A DNA stretch of 52,771 nucleotides, counting the filler, from Catajapyx aquilonaris (lineage: Eukaryota): NCBI GenBank assembly GCA_000934665.2. It is 3 parts of 3 records of this genome, joined end to end, with 100 filler letters (N's around TTAATTAATTAA, not from the genome) between each part and the next. Parts side by side here need not be neighbours in the genome. Positions count along the whole stretch, not along the records: positions 17,596 to 35,075 come from JYFJ02006934.1; 2 more parts are not named here. One strand, 5' to 3'. This document shows, one piece after another, positions 25,342-35,175 of this stretch; positions within the stretch are counted from its first letter, which is position 1, and each line of letters begins with the position of its first letter. The position numbers and the translations under genes were made by a program. The notes below the pieces were generated by a model, which was not told the DNA's origin, ran no database searches, and saw nothing but the letters and a program-made list of their open reading frames with translations.

Positions 25342-25452
25342 CGAAGGGAAATCACTCATCAAGTCCGTAGTACCGTATAAGGCACCAAGTGCACCAAGTC
25401 CGGGTTTTTACAAGTCCATTGTACGCTCAACTGCCGAGTGATTTACCCCTTG
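25342..25452. mobile_element. Very small TIR element (111 bp) with 8-bp TSD
   Basis: TIR about CRAGGGGTAAATCACTC; TSD GGCTGAGT at 25334-25341 and 25453-25460. A 60-bp relative lies at 18730-18789. Confidence 0.75.
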
Positions 25453-25592
25453 GGCTGAGTAGTATGAACTGTTATGTTAGTACGAGTGGTGGGAATTTTC
25501 AGAAACAAGGAGGCGTGGATTTACTGAGAGTTTGAATAAATACTGTAGGACTACAGATGTATGTATTTGTAGGAGGGACAATCCAACTGGCA

Positions 25593-25772
25593 ATGGCTCG
25601 GATAATGGCTGTCGGCAAGGTGGGAAGTGCAATCAGAGGAAATGTATTTTCTACGCTGGAAGTATTCCACAAGGTAACGACAAGGCCATTGGACAGGATG
25701 TGTAACCAACGCCATAGTTCCACAACAGCAGGTGACAGCATACTTGCTCAAGATAAATCCCCCGACATGCAG
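25593..25772 (+). CDS. MOCS1: MOCS1 coding exon 1 (N-terminal, putative mitochondrial presequence [20 protein letters not shown]...PDMQ)
   Basis: ATG at 25593 in context GCAATGG, preceded by acceptor tatttgtag (25572). Ends CAG|gttggt in phase 0 and joins the next exon in frame across a 56-nt intron. Rich in R/K/S/T with few acidic residues in the first half. The sequence is not conserved, so the call rests on splice signals and phase. Confidence 0.7.
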
Positions 25773-25828
25773 GTTGGTCGATAGCTGTTCCCATTTTCTG
25801 TTTGATAAACCTGTCTTATTATTTCCAG

Positions 25829-26000
25829 GAGGTGCCATCTCTCTCCCGCTTGGAATCCCTAAGAAGGAGACTGCAGGAAGAGGAGAGGGGTGGGGAAGGA
25901 GGCAAGCTGGACAAGTATCCATCCACCTATTTGACAGATTCATTTGGGCGCTTCCACACCTACCTTCGCATCTCACTCACAGAGAAGTGTAACTTGCGCT
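25829..26000 (+). CDS. MOCS1: MOCS1A coding exon 2 (...[24 protein letters not shown])
   Basis: Acceptor cttattatttccag. MoaA N-terminal signature [24 protein letters not shown]. Donor T|gtaagc in phase 1. Confidence 0.95.
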
Positions 26001-26125
26001 GTAAGCATACTTTTCTACTTTATGACAGAATGTTGTCCCAACTTTCTAACCCGCTTCAGAAAATGAAAAGTGCAATGCACTGATGTTATGATGAGGTGAA
26101 GAATTTTGTATTCAAAATTGATGTA

Positions 26126-27030
26126 CAGGGTCATTGACAGTGGTCTGATGGCAATAATATTGTGCGTCACTGTGCATTATGTCACATTATGAAATCATAT
26201 CATTCACTAAAGCTATATATTTATTTTTATTGATGCATGATGTGGTAGAATGTTATTGTTTGCTGGTCATGTTGACAAGTTGCTTGCAGAAGGTGTTGTG
26301 ATTTGAAAATTTAAAATTGAACCAACAACTTACACAGCAGCCAAAGTTCCATGCAGATCGATGCAGAAAACCTTCACCATTACCTATTGTATTACCTCAT
26401 TCCAAAAGTAACTTTTGGTAGTAAAATTTTTAAGTTCCATTTCTCTCTAATGTCAATGTAGCCACATAATCGCTCAAATCTATCGCTACCACTGCACACA
26501 AACAATGTCGATCGAAGCATTTTCCAAACCGTGGTACCAAGATTGTGTAAGCCTAAGTCGAGCATTCTCAAACCTCACCTCCAAACCTGGTTTTGTGTCT
26601 CTTGGTCACTCCCCAATACTAAGTTACCAAAAATGTTCCGGAAGTGGCAGAGCAAGTGGAAATCATTCCATGCAAAGTATGGACCATGATCTGAGCGCTC
26701 AAATATGCCCTACTTGAACTGTTGGAAACTTTGACTAATTCCGGCCTGTGAACTGCCATTTGAAGTTGGGCATTGCCATACTTCATTCTCCAACAATTAA
26801 TGTGGAAGGTCTTGGAGCATTTTTCAACAAGTTCAGACCTTTCATCAAGTGACCTTCACTTGTTTTGCCATTTCATGAAAAATGTTAGCAGACGAGAATG
26901 TCCAAGAGACAAAATAATAATAGGTGTGGTGGTGAGAGTGATGTATGTATTGTAGAGAGAGAGGCTTGCAAGATCTGGTGCCACAGTTTGAAGAGTGCTT
27001 CAGTAGACATGGAGTTTGGAGAAGTGGTAA
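26126..27030 (+). pseudogene. Decayed mariner-derived element in a MOCS1 intron
   Basis: WKVLEHFSTSSDLSSSDLHLFCHFMK near 26800-26880 (compare WEVLxHPPYSPDLAPSDFHLFxxLK) and LVPQFEECFSRHG near 26975-27013. Shares an upstream block with the 21.7 kb remnant. The 5' boundary (TA|CAGGG) is tentative. Confidence 0.7.
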
Positions 27031-27364
27031 CTAAAGATATGTGCCATATCATGTGGCTATGTTGAATTTTGTGTGAAATTATTTATTTTTTAATTTTTGG
27101 CCAAAAATGTACTTTGGAATGTGGTAATGTATATGGTAATAAAAAAATTTCAACTCTTCTTTTTCAACATAAATTAGTTGGACCAAGAGCTCTTGGTTGG
27201 ACTTCGGCATTATACTTTTGCATATAGATGGGCTGCATGTCCCAGATAAATTCTTATGGCCTAAACTCAATTTCAGCACAATGTTGAAGTTGGACCCTTA
27301 TGCAATTCGTTGATTCAAATACACTATAACACAGAAACATATTGTTATCAGAGGGACATCAATT

Positions 27365-27613
27365 GAGGCACTCAGAGAAAAAAACGGCATATACCAAACG
27401 GAGTTCATTTTGAGATAAACGGCTTTTTGTGTTGCAAGAGAATAGGATTTTCCATTGCGGATCAATTTTACAAATGGAAAATGTGGCCTTTGGCATATCC
27501 CAATTCATTTTGGACGTCAGCACATGAAAGGTAGATGGCAGGAGAGTACGAAAGCACTACAATCTCAAAATCAGAGGTCAGTTGGGATATGTCGTTTTTC
27601 CATTGAGCGCCTC
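27365..27613. mobile_element. MITE with GAG termini and AATT TSD (Sola-like)
   Basis: AATT|GAGGCACTCAGAGAAAAAAACGGCATAT ... ATATGTCGTTTTTCCATTGAGCGCCTC|AATT. Ends about 60 nt before MOCS1 exon 3. Confidence 0.7.
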
Positions 27614-27675
27614 AATTGTGAGTAGACCTATATCATATTTTTCATAACTCAAATATTTTCTTTTGCTGGCACCAG

Positions 27676-28304
27676 GTCGTTACTGCATGCCAGAGGAAGG
27701 TGTACCATTAACCCCAAGCCATTCCCTCCTGTCTACACCTGAGATCCTCCGCTTGGCTTCTCTCTTTGTGAGATCAGGGGTGACCAAAATTCGCCTGACT
27801 GGTGGAGAACCCCTTCTACGGAAAGACCTCCCACACTTAATTGAAGGGTTGAATGCCTTGCGTCCCATGGGCTTATGCACTATTGGCATCACTACCAATG
27901 GCCTGACTCTGGGACGGAGGATGGCTGTCTTACGGGAAAAGGGGCTAGATGCCATTAACCTGTCACTTGACACACTAATCCCAACCAAGTTTGAATTCAT
28001 ATCCCGGAGAAAAGGCTGGGATAGGGTCATGGGGGCACTTGAGGAGTCCTTGAAGGCAGGCTTCCCACACAGGGTTAAGATTAACTGTGTAGTGATGCGG
28101 GGGCTGAATGAGGATGAGATCTGTGATTTTGTGGCGATGACAAAGGAGAAGAGTGTTGATGTGCGGTTCATAGAGTATATGCCATTTGATGGGAACAAGT
28201 GGGACACAAAGAAGTTGATGCCATATCAAGAAATGCTGAAGGAGATCAAGACTAGATGGCCACAACTGGAGAAGGTGCAGGACAGCGACAATGATACATC
28301 AAAA
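27676..28304 (+). CDS. MOCS1: MOCS1A coding exon 3 (radical SAM core: C-RYCMP...KIRLTGGEP...TTNG...NLSLDTL...VKINCVVMRGLNEDE...VRFIEYMPF...DTSK)
   Basis: Acceptor ttttgctggcaccag. T+GT completes the second Cys of CNLRCRYC (CX3CX2C). GGEP, TTNG, SLDT and RFIEYMP MoaA motifs present. Donor AAA|gtgagt in phase 0. Confidence 0.97.
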
Positions 28305-29727
28305 GTGAGTCATGTAGTACAATCCAGAATGCTTGTGGCTATTAGTGATGAAAATAGTGTTAGTTGGATGAAATTTGTTACAAGTTACTAGGCGCAAATT
28401 ACAAAACTGATTTCTAGTGAGATAGTCCAAGAGATATTGTCACACTAGAAAGGTCTTACAAAGTGGATGCTTATAATTGAAAGCTTTGTTCCATGCAATA
28501 TGACAGAGTTTGCCTTTTATTATAACAATATTTGACGTTTAGCATGTTCATGAATTACTTCTTGACATACTCATCCCCAACTTATATGGCATAACTGTGA
28601 TTACCTGAAGTTTGCAAAAGTTGTAAATTTGACCACCGGTATTAAATGGGCATTAAACTGAAAAATGTTAAGTGGCATTGAGATAATAATAATTGGTCAT
28701 GAATATAATCATTGTGTATCATGTGTAAGAAGGCAGAGCAACAAAAATTATCTTGCTGAGTAAATATGACTACCTGGTATGCAGTGTGAAATCTGTAATG
28801 GAGTCACCTCTTTTCAAGAAAGTTTTCCATACTAACACGCATGATACACATTTGGACCATTCAAGTCACATCCAAGTATCTTAGTCAGTATTGCATTTTT
28901 TAGCAATAAATCCCTGAGTATAATCACTCATATGTTGCACACACCCTCCTTTGTAAGAAAGGTTTTCTCAGAATGTTGAATGTCAATATACATAATTTAA
29001 AATGGGAAATTTGGTACCGTAGAATGGGGCAACTTTGGACACTTTTTGGCAGTTTCTCAGCTGTCCCAAGAAGAGATTGATGGACAATTCTTAATAAATT
29101 AACTTGGTAGGAAATGTCCTTTATTGAAGACCATAACAGTCATTCACGTAAAAGTTGTTTTTTGATGCTAAAGTAAATCATATTGGTCCACAAAACACAA
29201 TATCAATGAACCTTTTAATGGTGTGAAAATGTATTTTCTGCTGAAAATTTTTTAGTCTAGCACTTTCTCCTTGATATGTACTGTGATTGCCACTTCCTAC
29301 AACACTTGCTTCCCATGTGGCAAGTGAATATTGTGCACAGGTAGAACTCACATGATGTAGGAAAGAACAAGTGCGAGTGTGTGCAGCCATATTGCTGCAA
29401 CCAGAGAATGGTACAGTACTGACATCACAAACCTTTGATTGATAGTTTCATTGTTGTCACGGTTGCCCTTCAGGACATCAATACCATTCAGTAAAATAAA
29501 AGAAGCTATAATAGAACATGGGGTTACATATGCAATCATGTGGATAGTCCTGGGCTACTCGGTTGATAGGGAGATGTGAGAGACATTTGGGTAGTCTTTT
29601 CCTCATTGCCATGTCATGTTGTAAAAGAAGATGACCTTCAATATACCACTACTTTCCTGGTACAAATTATTCCCTTTCTCTCTTTTCCCCTCTCCATGGG
29701 ATTTCACTTGTGTGGTTTAAAAAAAAG

Positions 29728-29873
29728 GCATACAAGGTCCCAGGATTTGAGGGACAAATAGGATTCATCACATCAATGACAGACAACTTTTGTGGTACAT
29801 GCAACAGGCTACGTATAACAGCAGATGGCAACATGAAGGTGTGCTTGTTTGGACCTACGGAAGTATCACTCAG
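29728..29873 (+). CDS. MOCS1: MOCS1A coding exon 4 ([49 protein letters not shown])
   Basis: Contains the MoaA C-terminal [4Fe-4S] motif CX2CX13C. Acceptor aaaaaaaag in phase 0; donor AG|gtttgg in phase 2. Confidence 0.95.
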
Positions 29874-29932
29874 GTTTGGAACTATAAATCCATTTAAAAA
29901 CCCCACCATCTTAATTCCTCTCAAATTTTTAG

Positions 29933-30018
29933 AGATGCTATTCGTCTCGGAAGCACAGATGATCAACTAATGGATATTGTCGACAAGGCTGTTGGGAGAA
30001 AAAAGAAGCAGCATGCAG
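29933..30018 (+). CDS. MOCS1: MOCS1A coding exon 5 ([30 protein letters not shown])
   Basis: Follows a 59-nt intron ending aaatttttag. [11 protein letters not shown] is typical of animal MOCS1A. Donor G|gtacat in phase 1. Confidence 0.93.
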
Positions 30019-30377
30019 GTACATACTTTGAAACTTATCCTAATCAAGCCCACTATACTGGAAGAGCCACCAACTTGTCCAAAACCTTTGAATGGCACGG
30101 TCACGTTTGTGCAACTTGAGGCAGCTGCTATGATGTAATTGTGTGTACAAATCCGGCAGTTCATCCTTTTGTAAAAAAAATGGCAGTGTACTGACAGGGA
30201 GTTGTAACTCAAGCCATGCTCACATTTCATGCATTGTGTCATCTCATACTGGACTGATCAGTTAGGGGTTTGTTTGTTCTCTACTGACCAACCTGTAATC
30301 ATTTGACTAACAGAATTCGACATCATTAGTCCATGTTATATCAGTAATCCTCAAATTAATGATGATCTGTGAATGTA

Positions 30378-30758
30378 CAGGGTGGCCATAAAGTGTGGAA
30401 TCAATGGTGACATTGTTTTCTGATTATTACAGGTGAGCTCTGGCACTGACAAAAGACAACTGAGTGGTGTTTATTCTTTTTTGTGGGCGAGAGGGATGGA
30501 TGCAGAGGGAAGTGGTGTCTTGAGTTCAAAAGGAGGCTTCTGGAGAGGTCAATAAGCTGTAATGCAGTTGGAAAATTGCTAATTGGCTTATTGACCTCTA
30601 GGGATGTCTCTTATTTAACTCGGCTGCCACTTCCCTCTGAATCCATCCCTCTCGGCCACAAAGAAAAATCACCACTCAGTCATTTTTCACCAGTGCCATA
30701 GCTCACTTGTAATCAGAAAACAATACCACCATTGGTTCCAGACTTTACGGTCACCCTG
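30378..30758. mobile_element. Tc1/mariner-type MITE (381 bp) in the intron before the MOCS1A stop exon
   Basis: TA|CAGGGTGGCCATAAAGTGTGGAATCAATGGTG ... CACCATTGGTTCCAGACTTTACGGTCACCCTG|TA, with arms of about 70 bp. Confidence 0.88.
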
Positions 30759-30818
30759 TATTTCATTGACCTCGTCTGAAAGTCAGTAGGTGCCAACATG
30801 GAATTTCTTTTTTTCTAG

Positions 30819-30874
30819 GGATGCTGAACATCGCCAAGACCAAAAATCGGCCTATGATCCTGATTGGAGGATGA
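30819..30874 (+). CDS. MOCS1: MOCS1A terminal coding exon (G-MLNIAKTKNRPMILIGG-stop)
   Basis: Acceptor tttctttttttctag. Conserved NRPMILIGG* C-terminus with the double-glycine motif; TGA at 30872-30874. The six exons sum to 1269 nt = 422 aa + stop. Confidence 0.95.
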
Positions 30875-32883
30875 CCGGCATCTTTCTCACTCATATATGC
30901 TAACCCCTCTTCTACCATCCTACTCAATCACTAATTCTCACTACACTATGCCCATACACTTTTGAAAGAGGCGAATATGTATCTCATGCTCTTAACCCTC
31001 TGGATCCCACTAAAAGAAGCAGCAACACTATAGCCTCAGACAGTAAGCTATCAAGGATGAATATACAGGTATCCTCCATTTTAAGATGTTTGACATTAAC
31101 GACCTTTTCAAAATGAGCTAAAAAAATTGCACAATTATGGCAAAAAAGTGAAAATAACAGCAAATTCTAAACAGTAATGCTTTTCTGTCACAATGCCTGT
31201 GACCCCAATCACGAAATAGATGCTTCATTTGTTTTTCCTGGTGCATTGTGGCACAGTGTATACAGCAAGTCTCTGACTCGCATAGAAAAGACCTCATGGG
31301 GTAGGTTGGTACAACGTGCCCCCACCCTTGCCACATTCGGTCGCCCAATATGGCAGTCTTTCCCTTGTTTTATGCCGTTTCACTATACAACAGTTTTTCT
31401 GGAACCAATTACTGGCGTAAAATGGGAGCTACTTGTAATATTCATCCAGGTAGTTCCTACTATGGCAAAGCTCTGCCTGCGATGGCAGTGTTCACATTGC
31501 CTGTGGCAGTTCATTCACACAACAAAATTGGTAATTATTATCAACCATTGAGGCATGTCACTGGCGGTAAAAAATCTACATATGGTTGATCCAATCAGTC
31601 ACCTAGGATTAATGTGAAACCAATCCTGAAACTAGTCCTTTCGTGAAATTGCACTTTTTCTGTTATATCCAGGCTTTCTCATTTTTCATTTCTCTGGGTG
31701 GGCTTATGATCTGCAGAAGATCATTGCAGTTTACAACAGATTGCTTCTATAATAATTACCCTGAAATGGGACATCCAGCTGCTACAATATACACTCATTT
31801 GTTCATCCGCATGATGATATTTGGCAATATAATGGTGCTAATTAATTTACTGGTCTTACTGTATCTGAATGAACCAATTTGCACATGTTACTGGGTTATT
31901 TAGATTGATCCCAACAGTCCTGAGATAAATCAGAAAATTTATGTGCTTCACTCAGGTAAAATCAATAAAAGGTCCAGTGTAAATACATAGCTAAAAACTT
32001 TCCTGCCTGTTTCAAAAATGTAGTCAATTCAACTGGCACCAAAATTGGTGCATTTAAAATTGAATGTTTTATGACTGAGATAGCATAACACAAGCACTTT
32101 GACTGAGATACCATATTGTTCCTGTTAATCCTTACCATTGAACCAGAGGGTTAAATGTATCATAATCTACACCACAAGAAAATATATGTATCATAAATTG
32201 TCATGTATATGAAGTCTAATAAAGAATATATTTTTATTTGCCAAGTATGGTGTGTTATCCATGAAAGAGTTGTTTGCTATAATATTGAAACACCTAAAAT
32301 AATAGATTGAAGCATATCACTTCATACACTCAAAACCAGTTTGGCAGTAAGCAGTGAAAATAGTAGCCTAGGATTTTTGAGGGAACTCAGCCCAGTATTC
32401 CCTCCCTGACAACATGCCGTACCACCTGAGTTATCAAATCATCCTTCCGTTGGTTCCAATTTTCAGATAATTACGTATGAAAACAAATTGGATCCACTGT
32501 TACAACATAATTATAGGGTCACACTCAAAAATATTATTCCAGGCCATTTCCAGGATTAGGGCCAATTGAGCTCATTCCAGACTCGTGTCAAACAGGGGAA
32601 AAGATTGTCAATCAATAAAAGTCTCAATCAGAAACGTGTTCCAAATTATTCCGCACTATTCCGTACAACATGGAAATATTACACTATGCCTGGGTTAGGA
32701 GGGTTTAAGTCTACTGTTTCTGAATGACAGGTTTTTGTAGACCCACCTATTACTGCAGAAATAAATTTTAGACCCTTTGACCCCATGTTTACTAGTGTTT
32801 CTGAATGTGATGATGTTTTTCAAAGATTTTTACAAGTTTGTACCACTCACCGCTCCATGGAGGGATTACACTTCCCCTTTCAG

Positions 32884-33551
32884 TTGCAGGTGCTGTCGGC
32901 TGGTGGACAAAACTTCCTTTGGCTCGGAAACATAATCCCACAGGTTGGATAGGAAGGAAGCTGCTTCCATATCTCACATCGCCCTCACCTCTACTGTCAA
33001 TGCAGATGTATAGCACCACCAACCAGGACAGCAAAGGATCTGCAAGTCATGGTGAACCTATCACTACAGCATCTTTGAGCCATGTGGACTCAACTGGAGA
33101 GGCACGTATGGTAGATGTTGGTAACAAGCAGTGGACCACCCGGACAGCTGTGGCCATGGCAGAAGTGTGGGTAGGTCCAACTGTACACCACCTGATAGAA
33201 AAAAACACAATGAAGAAGGGGGATGTGCTAAGGGTGGCCCAGCTGGCTGGGGTCATGGGAGCCAAATGGACTCCACACCTGATCCCTCTCTGCCACCAAG
33301 TGCAGCTTAGCCATGTCCAAGTGGAAGTCAAGCTCCATGGGGAAGACATGGTGAAAATTGTTGCTTCTGCATCAACTTCTTCCGGACAGACTGGTGTGGA
33401 GATGGAAGCCCTGACAGCTGCATGTGTGTCTGCACTTACAGTGTATGATATGTGCAAGGCAGTGGAGAAGGGGGCTATTATTAATGGTGTGAAGCTCTTA
33501 TCAAAGACTGGAGGGAAGAGTGGGGAGTACAAATGGGAAAAGGGTACTTGA
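32884..33551 (+). CDS. MOCS1: MOCS1B / MoaC-type cyclic pyranopterin monophosphate synthase exon, with an N-terminal linker of about 65 aa
   Basis: MoaC motifs LSHVDxxGxARMVDVG, KKGDVLxVAQLAGVMGAK, LIPLCH, TGVEMEALTA, YDMCKA and KTGGKSG; stop TGA 33549-33551. The 5' boundary is inferred from the phase-1 acceptor cttcccctttcag (32883), with an alternative AG at 32889. Confidence 0.93.
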
Positions 33552-34200
33552 CTTGGACCATTTGTTCATTACCAAAAAGGATTCCTTCCAGGGTCAAGTT
33601 TGCCACTGTTCACAATAATATGCAGTGGGGATTGCAGGTAACAAGATCTGCGTGATTTTTAAATGTATCTGAATTTTTTTCTACCTGTAAAAATCATGGG
33701 TTTGAAATTCACTAAGGATAACTTCCCAGATTAATATTGCAAAATTTTGCTCAAAGCTGTTATTTTTTTGTAGCTTCGACCACCTGGGAATAATTGGGCA
33801 CGTGGATCACAGCACAAGCTACACCTAAATAACTACTTTGGGTGATTTAGCGATAACTGACAACAACCTGGTTCAAACACCCTGCATAACCTTCCATAAA
33901 TAGCACTCGACATGAAACATGCATCTTAGATTACTTTAACTTAGCAACTGATCTAATCACAGTGACAAACCCCAATAATGACAACCAAAACATTATGCAA
34001 ACCTCTCACTAGATAAATGCATGTGCTATGGATCACGTTACTCTTCTTTTATGGTAAATTTGAAGCTAAAATTGAGTGGGTCAATGGAAGAATGGTGTAT
34101 CATACCTCAACCCAAATTTTCAGGTTCCAGGTTTCTTTGTGCACCTTATATCTCTGCCACACTTTTTCCACTTTGCACTTAATTTTTTTCACAACTCATA

Positions 34201-34501
34201 ATTATAATATAATAATAATAATAAATAATTCATACCCCGTTATCAGCCATCGGCTCTTTAGGGGGGAAGTTTGTTTTGCCTGGAACTCTGCTTTTCATTT
34301 TACTGTGCTCTTTGGGATAGGATAGGGACAGAAGGAAGTGGCTGTGGCCTATTAATTACGGAAGCAACTTCGGAATTTCCCTGGAAGGACCGTGGGAAAC
34401 CACAGAAAACCACGGTCAGAGTTGCCAGCCCCGGGATTCAAACCCAGGACCTCCCGATTAGCAGTCGGACGCCTTATCCACTATGCCAACCTGCTTCGGT
34501 C
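34201..34501 (-). mobile_element. tRNA-derived SINE, short form
   Basis: Nearly colinear reverse complement of 48384-48671, with a (TTA)n tail. Confidence 0.9.
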
Positions 34502-34506
34502 ATATA

Positions 34507-34889
34507 CAGGGTGGACCCACTTCAAGTGTCGTTTTACAACGGCTATTAATAGAAGCGCTTTATGATTGACGTAGCAGCGACGTATAAAATTGCCCACTTC
34601 GGCGCCATCGAAAATATTAGCTGTTTCGTTTGCAGGCTTCCCCCTTGCATTACAGGTCCATCTGGTGCGTTGGGCGTCACCCATTTCACCCAGGCGCATC
34701 GCAGGTCATGTGTACACCTCCTTTTTTTCCAGGTCAACCCAGCAGCAGGGTTGATAACATGTGTGCTGCTATTGGCAGCTAATATTTTCGATGGCGCCGA
34801 AGTGGGACATTTTACATGTCGCTGCTACGTCATCACCAAATCACTGCTATTAATCGCCATTATAAATCGACACTTGAAGTTGATCCCTG
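34507..34889. mobile_element. Tc1/mariner-type MITE (383 bp) abutting the SINE head
   Basis: TA|CAGGG ... CCCTG|TA, with about 115-bp inverted arms including cccacttcggcgccatcgaaaatattagctg. Confidence 0.88.
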
Positions 34890-35075
34890 TATAATATATA
34901 TTATATATATTATCAAGTTGTAATATGAATATTTTGTACTAGAGTGGAAATAATACAAAATGCCTTGTGTTTTTCTTTTTCATTCTAAGACAAAAAGGAG
35001 CAACCCAATCTACATTAACTTTCACATAAACATGGAAGATGGCATTTCAAGTGTGTTACATGCAAAATGTCAGTT

Positions 35076-35175
35076 NNNNNNNNNNNNNNNNNNNNNNNNN
35101 NNNNNNNNNNNNNNNNNNNTTAATTAATTAANNNNNNNNNNNNNNNNNNNNNNNNNNNNNNNNNNNNNNNNNNNN
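35076..35175. other. Artificial assembly spacer (44 N + TTAATTAATTAA + 44 N)
   Basis: Same structure as 17496-17595. Confidence 0.95.

Noticed and set aside
27680..28265. Minus-strand ORFs of 175 and 96 aa (also 33047-33532)
   Set aside because: Antisense shadows of MOCS1 exons with no independent motifs.
30872..30934. Stop-codon readthrough (TGA-C context) or selenocysteine recoding fusing MOCS1A to MOCS1B
   Set aside because: An in-frame TAA follows after 19 codons, with no donor before it. Readthrough would only bury the essential C-terminal Gly-Gly. No SECIS recognised.
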